A stretch of DNA of 64,000 bases from Podarcis cretensis (Eukaryota). Below are positions 35,385 through 48,258 of the stretch, one piece after another (position 1 is the first letter of the stretch; every line of letters begins with the position of its first letter). The stretch is from assembly GCA_951804945.1 (NCBI GenBank), contig OX638150.1, forward strand, positions 37,014,001 to 37,078,000, read 5' to 3'. Below the pieces are notes generated by a model, which was not told the DNA's origin, did no database searches, and worked only from the letters and a program-made list of their open reading frames with translations. Both the position numbers and the translations under genes were made by a program.

Positions 35385-35583
35385 GCTCAACATTGTCTGT
35401 GACAGCACAGAGTCAGAGATGAATCACCTCTACCCAGCTGTGGCTGAAAATGTCCAGGAGTGCTACCTCCAGAAGGAACCTCTCTTATTCAGCTGTGCAG
35501 GATGCAATACCAAGTACCAGCGCCTCTGCCCCTGCCGCAACTACCGCAAAGGACAAGTGGCACTGTGTGGGGACTGCTTGTGA
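35385..35583 (+). CDS. MGAT5B: MGAT5B last coding exon LNIVCDSTESEMNHLYPAVAENVQECYLQKEPLLFSCAGCNTKYQRLCPCRNYRKGQVALCGDCL*
   Basis: Acceptor cttccaag|G completes the CA+G codon; LLFSCAG...RLCPCR...GQVALC..CL C-terminus; TGA at 35581-35583. Confidence 0.97.
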
Positions 35584-35623
35584 TTCCACTGGGGCATGTG
35601 TGCTGTAGCGTGCCACACATGCA

Positions 35624-35629
35624 AATAAA
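35624..35629 (+). terminator. Candidate proximal polyadenylation signal AATAAA
   Basis: AATAAA 40 nt after the stop, followed by a U-rich tract; alternatives are ATTAAA at 35946 and AATAAA at 36341. Confidence 0.35.
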
Positions 35630-36907
35630 TAACTTTCTTTTTTTCCATAAAAGGCTTCTGCAATACTCAAGAAGGTTCCAAATGGAATAATCTTCTTGGA
35701 GACTTTTTGGATGTCAGTGAGATTCCATTGGTTGTTTTGTCTCCCAGTCAAGGGCCAAGGACCCGTTTCCAACATTTCTTTACTTCTTAAAGCATATCTC
35801 CTCCTGCATCCAAGACCACTGGAGACTTCAAAGCGGCTTAGAAGGGCCGCATTGAAAATCCTTCTGAAGGACAACAAGGCAGCCTCTTTAGGATTTCATC
35901 TTCCTTAAACATCTTGATCTATTTATTTTTTATTGGGAAATTGAAATTAAAGCAGGAAAATCGACAAACAGCCCTTGAGGAATGTGTTCTGTTTCAAATG
36001 CTTTCTTCAGAAAGAGAATCCTTTCGGAAGGGAATGAAAAGAAAAGAGGTGTTGAAAGGCTTGTAGAGGGATGCAGGCATAATATGGTGCTACTGAATGT
36101 TTTGCATTGCAAAACAGAGAGGCATTGTGGCTGCAAATAAGAGGCTATGGGGACTGTTGGAAAGTTGAAGAAAATAGGAACCTGGCTGACATGCAGCCTG
36201 TATTTGCATGTCATGGTAAGCCATAAACCATGGCTTGCTGTGCATGAGCCAATCACATCTGATTTGCTCCTTTGCACTACCGCTGGGAAGAAACAATGAT
36301 CTTTAGCTTTCCAAACATGGGGAGGGGGGCATTGGACCAAAATAAATAATGATCCTTGGTTCAGACACAATGCTAAGCCAGAGACCACAGTTTGTTTCCT
36401 CTGTGCACTCACAAGGCGCAGTCAAAGAGTCCAGGTAGGAACATTAGCATCTCCCCAAAGGGGAACTCCAAGGTACAGCCAGTTCCAGCAGGCTTGAAGT
36501 CAGTGCACATTACCTGATAGGCACCGACTTCAATCCCTGTTTTCATCAGGGTTGGTTGCCCTGTAGTATTCCTGATGGGGGGGCTATAGCCAATCCCAGC
36601 AGGCTTGCTGTCATTGCTGGTCAGCTGATTGGCAGTGGCAGCAGGTCTTCCTTGTCATGGAACAATTGCCTACACACTTTAAAGCTCCGGATTGTTCGTT
36701 GGTAGCCACATCTCTGCTTGTCCCTCACCTGATGTCACGAGTGATGTCAGCTGTGGGTGGTTTTGGGAAACAGCCTCAAAGACCAGTTTGGAACCCATGC
36801 CAAGACTAATTAGGTCTGGATGCCAGATGTCCCTCACATCTCCATTAGCAATTGTTTATTATGGCATGCAAACTGGGCTGCTGACTTGCATATGCCACTA
36901 CAGGCAA

Positions 36908-37325
36908 ATAGGAATGGAAGGAGCTGTCCATTTCAGTTTCTCTTACTTTCTCAATTTCTGAATCTTAAATTCAGTTCCTCACATTTCTGCATCAGCTTGT
37001 GTCTTTGTTTTTTAAAGTCCTCATGAAAATTCACCAGCATTTGAATGTGAATTTCTCCTAACACATTTTTGTATGCAGTTTTGACTACTGCACACATTTT
37101 TTTTGCAAGAAATATCCCTTAATATAATGCATTTTAAATGTTATTTTTACTAATATCTTCATTTTTTTACAGACACTTACCCCCAATATATACATTTTTG
37201 CATTGCAAAAATTCAGCTAAGTGTGAATTTTGAAGGATGGCTGTGCTTAAGTTCTTGCATCATCATCATCATTATGGAAATGGTGAACTTGATAGAGTGG
37301 TTCTCAAATTTCTCCTCTTTCCCTA
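36908..37325 (-). mobile_element. AT-rich lacertid interspersed repeat (reverse copy)
   Basis: Reverse complement of the 13131-13560 family (tcttaaattcagttc...aattttgaaggatggctgtg). Confidence 0.75.
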
Positions 37326-38251
37326 CAAGCAGCACACAGTGTTATGTGAGTAGTGTGTTCATGGGAAACCATATGGTGATCTGGTGGTGGTATGCTGTGA
37401 CTGGGTGCTGAATTACACATATCTTATGCCTTGTCATGGCAACATGGTTACTCTGGGAGAGAAATTTCTTGGGCTGGGGCTGGCACAAAGTTCTGCTATC
37501 AGCAGGTGCCTGGCCATGGATCCATCCAGGATGCTAAATATGCTCCTCTGCTGTGCTGCCCTGTCCCTACTCATGACTGCTCTATTTTAGCCATTCCATG
37601 GGATATTTTCTGAAGTGGAACAGCTCAGGTGGTGTAGAATGTTCTACTGGCATATATCGCTGTCATGATGCTGGTGGCATCTCTCACTTTCTGCTACCTA
37701 ATCCTAAAGCCCTTCATCCATAACTCCTTTTACAGGACTGAACCCTGTAAAAGCCCAAGTGCTTTAGTGTTTTATCATAGGGAAGAGATGCTCTTCAAAC
37801 TCCTCGATCATCTTGCTTGTCCTTTTCTGTGTTGGTTCCTAGCATTACAGTAACCTTTAAAAAATATCAATGAGGCAAATGATACATAATGTTCCAAATG
37901 TGGGCATACCGCAGATTTATAACAAGGGTTCGCAATTTTGGGGGGCTTGGGGGCACATTTTGAAATCTAAGCAATTTGTGGGCTCCACGAAATACCTATT
38001 TCACAGGAGGAAAACTGGTGATGCAAAGAACACATGCACACAGACAGACAAAACACTTACATCCCCCAAACAAACAAAAGACAAACAAACGTAGCAGGCA
38101 ACACCCCCACTAAAAGGCACCATCTCCGCCAAATAACAAAAAAGTCCAAAAATTCCATCTTTAAAGACAATTGGGATTGGCCTTGATGTGCTCTAGCAGT
38201 GGTATCTAAGGGTACTGTGGTGCCCCCACATGCCATGTTGTGGACTAAATA

Positions 38252-38438
38252 GGGACACAGGTGGTCTAAACCATTGAGCCTCCTGGGCTTGCTGATCAGA
38301 AGGTCGGCAGTTTGAATTCAGGGTGAGCTCCCATTGCTCTGTCCCAGCTCCTGCCAACCTAGCAGTTTGAAAGCACACCAGTGCAAGTAGATAAATAGGT
38401 ACCACTGTAAAGGTAAACGACATTTCCATGAGCTCTGG
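38252..38438 (+). mobile_element. Sauria SINE, diverged 5' half
   Basis: gggacacaggtgg...gatcagaaggtcggcagtttgaat...ctgccaacctagcagtttgaaagcac...gtagataaataggtacc. Confidence 0.85.
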
Positions 38439-38959
38439 CTTTGGAACCCAGCTATAAGGCATCATGGTACAAAAGGTTTAATTTTCTGTCATTTTTCCAG
38501 TCATTCCCAGCATGAAATCCCCTCTTTTCCTGACACCGCATTCTGCCTTGGTTTTCTTCTTGAGCGATCCACTGTGACCCAAATATCTTTTTCATGCTTA
38601 GCTACTGCCAAGTAACTGCCATGCATGCTGCCTTTTGTTCCATGCAGGAAGGGTGCTGTACAAATATGGGAAGTGAACTACATAAAAACTTGCAAACCTA
38701 GTTTGCTAGAGGCAGTACTGGGCTGAGTATACAAATGCCAAAGGTGACTCACACTAGTCTGCTGAGGAAACGCTCCTTTACTTTATCCCCATTCCTTGCA
38801 AAAGCATTTCAGAAGTGCACAGAGCAGGTTCAGTGAGGGCTGGGTGATATGCCGGCATTTCAAAACTGATTTTATTCTGTCACTATATCTCTCCACACAG
38901 TGGAATTTCTGTTGGATATGGAAGAGCCTTGGTCAAAAAAGAGCTGGTTAACCTATGTG

Positions 38960-39240
38960 TGTGGCCATCGACTGGGGTGACTTTCAAAGGCATTTTGGTA
39001 AATTTGTGGAAGATAAGCTCACCAGTGGCTACTCTGATGGCTATGTGCCACCTCCACTGGCAGAGACAATACGCCTCTGTAGACCAGTTGCTGAAAATCA
39101 CAAGTGGGGAAGAGTGCTGTTGGCATTCAGGTCCTGCTTCTGGGCTTCCCATGGCCCCCTGGTTGTCCACTGCAAGAACAGAATGCTAGAGTCGGTGGAC
39201 CTTTGGCCTGATCCAGTTGGGCTCTTCGCATGTTCTGATG
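38960..39240 (+). mobile_element. CR1 LINE 3' end
   Basis: ...gaacagaatgctagagtcggtggacctttggcctgatccagttgggctcttcgcatgttct, resembling the squamate CR1 3'UTR. Confidence 0.7.
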
Positions 39241-40063
39241 ATGTCAAAGATATATGCTTAGCTGCAATTCACAAATCTCTTGAACCAGCATCTTGCCATT
39301 AAGTGGAGATTGGGAGAATATAAAAGAAAGAACACATAGTATTTTTTTTCTCCATAGCTTTGGAGTTTAGTTTTATACCTTGTTGCCTATTGTGATGGCA
39401 ACCTGTTCTGTGAATTCAAAGTAAGCACAATAAAATTCAGATAAATGAAAGCTGGTGAGAGCGGGATGTCAGTTTAAATGCAAGTAAGTGCACTATCCTG
39501 CCAGAAGTGATTTGTGAATTGTACCGTCTTATCTCACTGCAATGGTGTCATGCCAAGAAGACACTTTCCAGAGCAGACTTGATGGACAGCCAATTTATAT
39601 CTGGATTGGAAGTAACAGACTTCGTCGAATGCTGACCACAAGCCAACACAAGGCAGATGGAACCAACCTGGTCAGTCTGCTCTCTGTTTCCACTGGCTCT
39701 CATCCATTTAACATTTACTTCCATGGCCAGTACAACTGCCTCCTACCTACATAATAAATAGCTCCAAAGCCCAAAATTGTACCTCTTGCTTCAGATCCTG
39801 GTCTTCTTAACCAAGAACTGTAGTTAGGGAACAGAAGCAGATTTAGAAATCTGAACTGACATTGTTCTGTTAGTAAAATGTGCTCTCTATAATATCTGCT
39901 TTCTGAAAAAATCCTGATAATTTGTTTGCTGGCTTGTGGGTTTTTTCAGCATGTTTCTAGATCTCATGATAGTGAAGATAAACTTGACAAACATGCCTAT
40001 GTTCATTCTAATGGTTCATATACTAAGCACAAGAATGAGGATGGGTCAGTGTGAAAGGATTTA

Positions 40064-40547
40064 CCGTATTTTTCACCCCATAGGATGCACTTTTTCCCCT
40101 CCAAAAATGAAGGGGGAATGTGTGTGCATCCTATGGGGCGAATGCAGGCTTTCGCTGAAGCTTGGAGAGCGAGAGGCATCGGTGCGCACCGACCCCTCTC
40201 GCTCTCCAGGCTTCAGGAAGCTATCCACAAGCCTTGCAAGCCCGGCGGGAGTTCCCGCGGGCTCACAAGGCTTGTGAGCAGCAGCCTGCAGCCCCGGCGA
40301 GTGTCCGCAAGCCTTGCGCGCCTGGTGGGAGGTCCCGCCGGATGCGCGAGGCTTGGGGCGGCAGCCTGCAGCCCGAAGCATGCGGAGCCCTCCAGAGGGT
40401 GCCCCGTGCTTCGGGCAGGTGTGCGCAAGGCTTGGGGCGGCAGCCGCGGCTGGGGGGGGAAATATTTTTTTAAAATTCATTCCCCCCCCCAAAAAAAAAC
40501 GAGGTGCGTCCTATGGTCCGGTGCGCCCTATAGGACGAAAAATACGG
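40064..40547. mobile_element. Tc1/mariner (Tigger/pogo-like) MITE, CpG-rich, TA TSD
   Basis: TA|ccgtatttttcaccccataggatgcac ... gtgcgccctataggacgaaaaatacgg|TA; degenerate aagccttgc/gcaaggcttg internal repeats. Confidence 0.92.
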
Positions 40548-41742
40548 TAAGTGAATGAATTTGTCAAATGAAGGGTCTTTTGAGAAAACCAAGTGCAAAA
40601 AAAAAAAAATGCTGAATGTGTGTTCACAGTCAGGATGGTACAAAATTGAAAGCATAATGGATATAAGAGTGAATTCTTCAATTGTTTGGGTCTAGATTTT
40701 CAGAAGCGTCAAACCCATTCTCCCTGGACTAGACTTTCTATCAGCTGAACTTCTGGCTCAGTCCTTCAGAGCTGCTGTGTTGTTGATGGGCTGCTTTCAT
40801 TTTATTTTCCTGACTGAGAAATTGTATTGAACAGATCCTATCTCTCCTGAGAAAATATTGATCTGAAGTTTAAATGGCTTCCCATTAACACGCTACAATG
40901 CGTGTCATTGGAGATTACTTTTTGATCTCATTACAAAGGGAGGACTCAGATGCTCTGCTTCAAGAGAGCCCCCTCCCCATTCAAAGTCTCTTCCCTTTGT
41001 ACATAAAAAGAAGAACTATTTATCTGTGCTTTTCACTCAAGGCATCTGAGAACAAAAAATTAAGTTATTACTGCTTTTCAAACCTCCTCCGCTTTGCTAG
41101 AGGGGGGAAGTCAGGCAGTATTCAATATGCCCGTTCCTTTGCAGAATAATTTGGGGTGAGGGTGCTGTGCCGCCATGTGAAATGAGGCCCGAATTGTTTT
41201 AAAGTATTGCAAAGACGCAAAGTGGGTCACCTTTCTGTTCTAGCAACCCAGGGCATTTTGGCCTGCAAAGAGATCCATCTCCAAGGGAAATGGCAGCGAC
41301 CAATCACTGCGCTTCTCTTTCAAGCACAAGGATGGGGTGCTGTGCCCAGTTATGCACCCCAGATCCCTGCAATGATTGCAATACATTACACAGATTAGAG
41401 TCGTTCACATGTTTTATTCAGTATTGTGCAATGCTTAAGCTGCCTACATATCTCTGTGTGCAGAGGCTGTATCTGCATGTGCGCTTAACTGTTTTGATTT
41501 CAGGGCATTGGGAGTGGGTAAAATATCAAGGAAATGCATTGGAGGGGGGGGACGTAAATGGGGGTAAGAAGACAGGTACTATGACAAACATACCACATTT
41601 ACTCAAGTCTATTTCACCAATGAATCTAATACACACCTCGATTTTCAGAACCTTGAAACCAACAAAAGTATTTGCTGGCAAATGTAAATGTGCCATCAAA
41701 TCTAATGCACCCCAACGTAATTTGGCCAAAAAAGGTGAGCAT

Positions 41743-42058
41743 TAAAGGTAAAGGTAAAGGTACCCCTGCCCGTACGGGCCAGTCTTGACAGACTCTGGGG
41801 TTGTGCGCCCATCTCACTTAAGAGGCCAGGGGCCAGCGCTGTCCGGAGACACTTCCGGGTCACGTGGCCAGCGTGACATCGCTGCTCTGGCCAGAGCCAG
41901 AGCCAGAGCCGCACACGGAAACGCCGTTTACCTTCCCGCTGGTAAGCGGTCCCTATTTATCTACTTGCACCCGGAGGTGCTTTCGAACTGCTAGGTTGGC
42001 AGGCGCTGGGACCGAGCAGCAGGAGCGCACCCCGCTGCAGGGATTCGAACCGCCGACC
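41743..42058 (-). mobile_element. Sauria SINE of a different subfamily, 5'-truncated
   Basis: (TAAAGG)3 tail, variant 3' part (gtacccctgcccgtacgggccagtc), B-box retained, A-box missing. Confidence 0.9.
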
Positions 42059-42553
42059 GTAGATTGCGTGGGGTGTCTTCCTACTCCAGACATCAACCCG
42101 GGCTAACTTGCCAGAGATCTCTGTAGGAAAATTATTCCATCAGGAATCCATTAGGATTCAAGAGAAGAAGATAAGGGGGAGGAAGAAGCAAGAAAAGGAT
42201 GAGGAATAATACATAGCTGTTATTATCATGTAAATGGGCACTACAAATGACAGGGATAATGGAAAAAGCTAGTAGAAAAATCACCTTCCGATTACAGGGC
42301 AAGCAATATTGCACGTAAGTACATGTAACAGCGTCTAAACATATTTCAAAATGTAAAGTAGCCTCAAGGGGCCATGATTTCGAGTGAAGGGCCAGTGGGG
42401 AGGGTATAGGGGCTACATGACCCTTTGCAAGCTATCTCCCTGCTCAAAAACTCCCCCATGCCTGCAGTTCAGCAAGACCGGCAGGCGAAACTGAGGTTTC
42501 AGTGCTGATGGGAAGAACAGCCTGCTCGGGCCCTCAAAACTCGGAAGGGGGAG

Positions 42554-42598
<45 letters not shown>

Positions 42599-43289
42599 TG
42601 GCACTGCAGTTTTGTAATAGGTAATTGCATTAACATTTAGTGTTCCCCTTCCCCGTGGGGGAAAAAACCAGGTTCTATGTGCAGAGATGGGCAGGGAAAG
42701 AATGCCTTTGCCTGGAAATCGGATGATCTATCATCATTTGCTGCCGGGAGGGAGCTCTCTCTTTTCTTTAGGGAAAAGATCCGAGGATGTGCTTTTGTTT
42801 CCAGGCCAATCAATGCTGAGCACATCTGCCCCTATCAGTTCGTGAGCGAGGAGACTGCATGTGCCGGTATCTCCTGCTGCCGCCATGTCCTCTGAGCAGA
42901 CCCTTTAGAGCCAACATGGTCAGCAGCTGCTCTGCCTGGGGGTGCAACAAACAGAGCAGGAGGCCAAGCAATTAGAGGAGGCATGACAGATTTCCAGCAT
43001 TTTGGGGGGGGGCAGGGGATTCATTATGGAATCTCAGGAAGCTGCCTTATACCAAGCCGATGGTCCACCTAGCTCACTGCGGTCAGCACTGACTGGTAGC
43101 ACCCCTCTTGAATTTCAGGCAGGAGTCTCTTCCAGTCCTATTGTGGGAAATGTAAAGTGCAGTCAAAACCAACAACTCATGTTTTGCTAAACAGGCACAT
43201 GACAGGAGCTGAAGCTCAGTGCTCTCACAGGGAACTCTGCGAGAGATATTCCCATTGTGTCCTGACAGGAAGAGAGCATAGATATATAC

Positions 43290-43690
43290 AGTGCCATTTT
43301 TCTAGGAAAAGAGGTGCCAGAACTCACCATGAACGCCTCCCTTGTTCTCTTATACAGTGGTACCTCATGTTAAGTACTTAATTCATTCCAGAGGTCCGTA
43401 CTTAACCTGAAACTGTTCTTAACCTGAAGCACCACTTTAGCTAATGGGGCCTCCTGCTGCCGCCACGCTGCCAGAGCACGATTTCTGTTCTCATCCTGAA
43501 GCAAAGTTCTTAACCCTAGGTACTTTTTCTGGGTTAATCTGTAACCTGAAGCGTATGTAACCTGAAGCGTCTGTAGCCCACCTGAGAGGTGCCGGAACTG
43601 AGTTCCCGTGGGGGGGGGAGCTCTGGCTTTTTTTTAACCTGCCTGGGCACATCCTCTTTTTGGCCACTTTCCTTCGAGCCAGCACTGTGA
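43290..43690. mobile_element. hAT-like MITE with nested Tigger-like MITE (43355-43578)
   Basis: Host ...ccttgttctctta is interrupted by TA|cagtggtacctc and resumes at ccacctgagaggtgccggaact. Confidence 0.8.
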
Positions 43691-44399
43691 GGACACCTGA
43701 ATGTCTGAGCTCCAATGTTCAGGCACCAATTTAAGCTAGACTTAAGTATGTCCATGTAACTGAATTACCATTTTAAGCCTGCCTGAACAAACCTGCTATA
43801 TCTGTTACTGTTCAACAAGTGTTCTGAGTGAGTCAATGATTTTTTTTACCTTTTGCAAGACTGTTTGTGTGATTGTTGTTTTAAGGTGGAGGAAAGGGGG
43901 TAATACCTGGAGGATCCAGTCTGCCTTAAAGCATCCTGGATTACTTAAACCAAAAGATTGCTTTTAAGCTGCAAAGGGACGCTGAACTCACAAACATGAG
44001 GAAGGAAGGGTAAGATCTCATAAATATATCCTCTTCTAGCATCTATTCACTTCCCTACACCTACCTGGAGATGCTAGGGATGGAACTGGAACCCACATAT
44101 GAAGCAGAATATAAGAAATAACTCGGATCCACAGCCCACAGAAGGAATGCTACCTTGCAATGGTAGTGCTCATACTTTGAGCGTAGGCATAGGATCTCAG
44201 TTTCTCTAAACCTCTGCATGAGACCTTGGAGAGCTGCTGATGGTCCAAGAAGGTGCAGAAGGAAATGTGGCCCTCTGGCTAAAAAGGGTTATTCTTCCCC
44301 CCTCATTGTAGGTAGTATGAAAGGGGCAATGTGATCCATATTGTCTCCTAGTGGTGCAGCAATAACACTACAAGCACATTTGCAAAGCTAAGCAGTGTC

Positions 44400-44512
44400 T
44401 GGTATGGTTTCAAATTGGATGGGGGCCCACATGTTGAGATTCCTGCATTGCAGGGGGTTGGGGTAGATTGACCCTCTCTGGGTCCCTTCCAACTCTATGA
44501 GCCTATGATTCT
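44400..44512 (+). mobile_element. CR1-tail SINE 3' fragment
   Basis: gattcctgcattgcagggggttgg...gggtcccttccaactctatgagcctatgattct. Confidence 0.7.
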
Positions 44513-46333
44513 CTTTGAAATGGTTCTTTGACCAGAGACAGCAAGGTAGATAGATATATAAAATGTGTGCATATACATAGCAGGCAACAATGCCTCTTAT
44601 GAGTGAGGGAGAGGAAATGTTTGTGTATACAGGGAGGAGCATGGTTAGAAGTTTCAATGGTAATGGCAGCTAGTAAAAGTAAGGAAAAATATAATGGGAA
44701 GTTGATATAAAGCTTTGCAGCACAATCAGATGCATGCCTACTCACAAGTATGCACCATCAAGTTCAATGGGATTTACTCCTGGGTGAGTATGCAGCCCTA
44801 ATACAGGAGTGAGATGTGTAATGAAGTATGCAACGTGATCAGTGTAATGAACATAAATCATTATTTTGGTGGAGGCATTCTCAATTGATTGGAATGGAGG
44901 TATGCTGGGAAAGCATTGGGGGAAAGATTACAGTAATCAAGACAGGAAATGACTAGAACATAAATGAGAAATTTTAGCCATAGAGACAAGAGCTGAAATG
45001 AATTTGGGAGGAGGAAATCTCCAAGCCCATTTTTCCGAATCTGATTTTTTTGGTTTTTTGTTATGTATTCTCCCAATTCAGTTCTCTTCCACATTATTTC
45101 AACATTCTCAATTATGGAATTACCAAATGAGCAGAGTCTTTCTAAGGCTGAAATCCTGGGGCCAAGTGTCATTGAACTCAACAGGGGTTACTTCTGAGTA
45201 GATGTGTGTAGGATTGCACTCTAATCTAATTTGTGTACAATGAGTATTTCGATAATCAATAAATGAAGCCCATGTTTCCACACAGCTAGAAGAAGCCATT
45301 TTTCTTGCATGCAAAATCCATTAGCGTCTTCTCTGTTTCTGCAATTTTCAGAAATGTGATTATCAGCACTTGCTGACATCCAGTATCTGACTAAAACAAT
45401 TTCTGTTGTCATCCATAGATTTTACAGAGCTCATCCCACTTGATCATGCATTGCTGCTTCCAAACAGTCTATTAGCATTGTTAAAGGTCAAAGTTCACTC
45501 TCCATCCTGTCATTTGAAATGCCTTCTCGGTTATCTGTAGCTAATCATTTGGACTTTGGCACAGCCACCAAAGGCAGCGAAACTATATTCTCGGGGGGGG
45601 GAGCATTTCCCGTTTTTTAACATATTTGTGTTACAGATCCTGTGCTATCTACTTGGAGATACCCCCAACATAATAAATTAAACTGGGATTCTTTTAATGG
45701 TAAGAAAAGGGAAAGATGATATGAATCAAATATTCTGCTCTAAGCCAGGTCTACCAAAGGCAGCATATCCCAAGTCTCTAGCCTGATATGCTTAAAAGAA
45801 TAATCTGCCGCTTCTAAACTTAATAGCATTTTATATAACTGTGACAACACTTCTCAGTACTTGGTTTCTTGGGATAAATTTAGAAATAAATTAAGTCTGG
45901 GACTTCCTCCTTTATCCTCTGCTTCTCAGAATCATACATTTAACTTGAAGAATGGATGTAGAGATTTGTCACTTTAGGGGGGGAAATAGGTCTGTGGATT
46001 TAAAGACCTTGTTATTGGCAGAAAGCTTGTTTCTAGTAATGAAATTAGACTGAAATGTCAGAGTTGGGCACCATCTTGCCTTTAATACCTGCAGGGGATC
46101 TGTATGTCATCAGCCAGCCAGGATGATGAAGCTGAGTGAGCATTTCCTGTTAAATTCTAGCCTTCATTCTGCCTGTCCTGTGCTAGTATCTGGAACAGAA
46201 AACTCTCTATTTACACATTCTGGATTCAAATTTGGTTCGCCTGCCTAGTTCAGGGGCCACCAGCGAGATGCCAAATGTGCCCACTGGCCCTAGAATCATT
46301 CCAAATAAGTAAACGTGTGTCCACTTATATATT

Positions 46334-46465
46334 NNNNNNNNNNNNNNNNNNNNNNNNNNNNNNNNNNNNNNNNNNNNNNNNNNNNNNNNNNNNNNNNNNN
46401 NNNNNNNNNNNNNNNNNNNNNNNNNNNNNNNNNNNNNNNNNNNNNNNNNNNNNNNNNNNNNNNNN
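46334..46465. other. Assembly gap (132 N)
   Basis: N run. Confidence 1.
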
Positions 46466-47416
46466 CTGCATGGAAAATGAAGCAATACATATATTGCTTC
46501 ATTTTCCATGCAGCCCCCATTGTGTCCACCTTTACTCTGCTAGCCAGAGGAGTAAGAAGGAGCATTGCCACGTAACACTGAAGCCCTTGACTGCAGCAAA
46601 TTCTGCTGAACCCCCATTAAAATGGCCATGCATTTCAAAGCATTTCTCCACAGGCAAAAGGACTAGAACCATTTGCTTTCAAAAGAGAAAAGTGGCATTT
46701 GCCAGGATGCTGTTTGTGTTCCCAGTTTGCAATGTCCCATTTCCTGGGTCAACAGCCAAAGTATCAAATGCACACAGAGCCCTGGGTATAACCACTTTTT
46801 ATAGTGCTGGATTTGACAAAGAGGATTGCTGGTGAAGTCGCTGGAGGACATATAGGCCTATGCATATTTTGTCAGAAGTAAACCCGCTGTATGCACACGA
46901 CTGAAGCTTTAAGGATGCTTCACTGGTTTCTGCCGACTTCTAAAGCACTTTTCTGCTTTGGCTTATCCGCTACTGAGAAAGTCCGTATCCATCCCTAAAG
47001 CTCTGGCATTTGTATTCCAAAGTTCTCCTCTCTGAACCTTTAGCTTGCCTGCCCTTCTCCTCTGGAGCACGCACCCTGTGTTGATTCTCTACTGATACAG
47101 TTCTGCCATGATTGTGAAGGCAGATCCCCACGAGGTATTTGCTGTTTCTCCAACTGAACAAAACACATTTATATGTTTATTTATTGCCCTTCTGATAGGA
47201 GAGGGGGAAACAGGCTCTTAAAAAATGACACATGGTAGATGCAGATTTATTTTATTGTGCTGATGAGGATTTTTCAAGCTAAACACCGCAGGAGAGAGAA
47301 AATCCTGCCAGGTCCTTGATATTTTACTTCCATTTCCACACAATGTTTCCCATCTCCTTCGGGCTTCAGACAAAATGCCACCAAAATATAGTCAAGCTGG
47401 AATAAGCCAAACCCTT

Positions 47417-47420
<4 letters not shown>

Positions 47421-47455
<35 letters not shown>

Positions 47456-47801
47456 TATTTATTTATACCCCGCCCATCTGGCTGGGCTTCCCCAGCCACT
47501 CTGGGTGGCTTCCAACAAAATATTAAAATACAGTAATCCATCAAACATTAAAAGCTTCCCTAAACAGGGCTGCCTTCAGATGTCTTCTAAAAGTCAGATA
47601 GTTGTTTATTTCCTTGACATCTGATGGGAGGACGTTCCACAGAGTCAGTGCCACTACCAAGAAGGCCCTCTGCCTGGTTCCCTGTAACTTAGCTTCTCGC
47701 AGTGAGGGGACTGCCAGAAGGTCCTCGGTGCTGGACCTCAGTGTCTGGGTAGAAAGATGGGGGTGGAGACGCTCCTTCTGGTATACTTGACCAAGGCCAT
47801 T
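47421..47801 (-). mobile_element. L2-clade LINE 3' end with (AAT)n
   Basis: Minus ORF contains TLRSSTEDLLAVP...RAFLVVALTLWNVLPSDVK...FRRHLKAALFREAF; 3'UTR cccagagtggctgggg. Confidence 0.9.
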
Positions 47802-48020
47802 TCTAGAATAAAAAGACCTTCTGAGACAGAGCAATAAGGAGAACAGTTGTGCAACAGGATTGCTTAGGCCCTTCCTATAGCAATACTTCATCATGGGGGC
47901 CATAATTGCCCACATTCAGCTCCATTTCCTGCAGCAGCTTCGCTGTCTACTTCAGGGGAAGGAAAAACTCTGGTGCAGAAATAGGTGGCTATGCACACCC
48001 GTCCACTGTACTGAATGGGT

Positions 48021-48258
48021 GTACCTCGGGTTGCATCCGCTTCAGGTTACATCCGCTTCAGGGTACACACTCAGCTAACCCAGAAATAGTGCTTCAGGTT
48101 AAGAACTTTGCTTCAGGATGAGAACAGCAATCGTGCTCTGGCAGCACGGCGGTAGCAGGAGGTTCCATTAGCTAAAGTGGTGCTTCACGTTAAGAACGGT
48201 TTCAGGTTAAGTACGGATCTCCAGAATGAATTAAGTACTTTAACTCAAGGTACCACTG
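48021..48258. mobile_element. Tigger-like MITE (reverse copy of 25992-26221)
   Basis: gtacctcgggtt...ttcaggttaagaactttgcttcaggatgagaacag...aaggtaccactg|TA. Confidence 0.88.

Noticed and set aside
1489-35583. Assignment to the paralogue MGAT5
   Set aside because: FMGFVSEEL, YGKEASIWK, YYETQRPPEVP, the long post-DFC linker and ESEMNHLYPA fit MGAT5B as recalled.
40073-40558. Several overlapping 70-157 aa ORFs on both strands and a CpG-island-like composition
   Set aside because: They lie almost entirely within a TA-flanked, TIR-bounded GC-rich MITE; ORFs are expected from stop-poor composition.
46466-46513. Perfect 22-bp-arm hairpin CTGCATGGAAAATGAAGCAATA-cata-TATTGCTTCATTTTCCATGCAG
   Set aside because: It starts exactly at the edge of an N gap whose other side ends in tatatatt, so it is most likely a fold-back artefact at a contig end; long reads are needed before treating it as a miRNA or cruciform.
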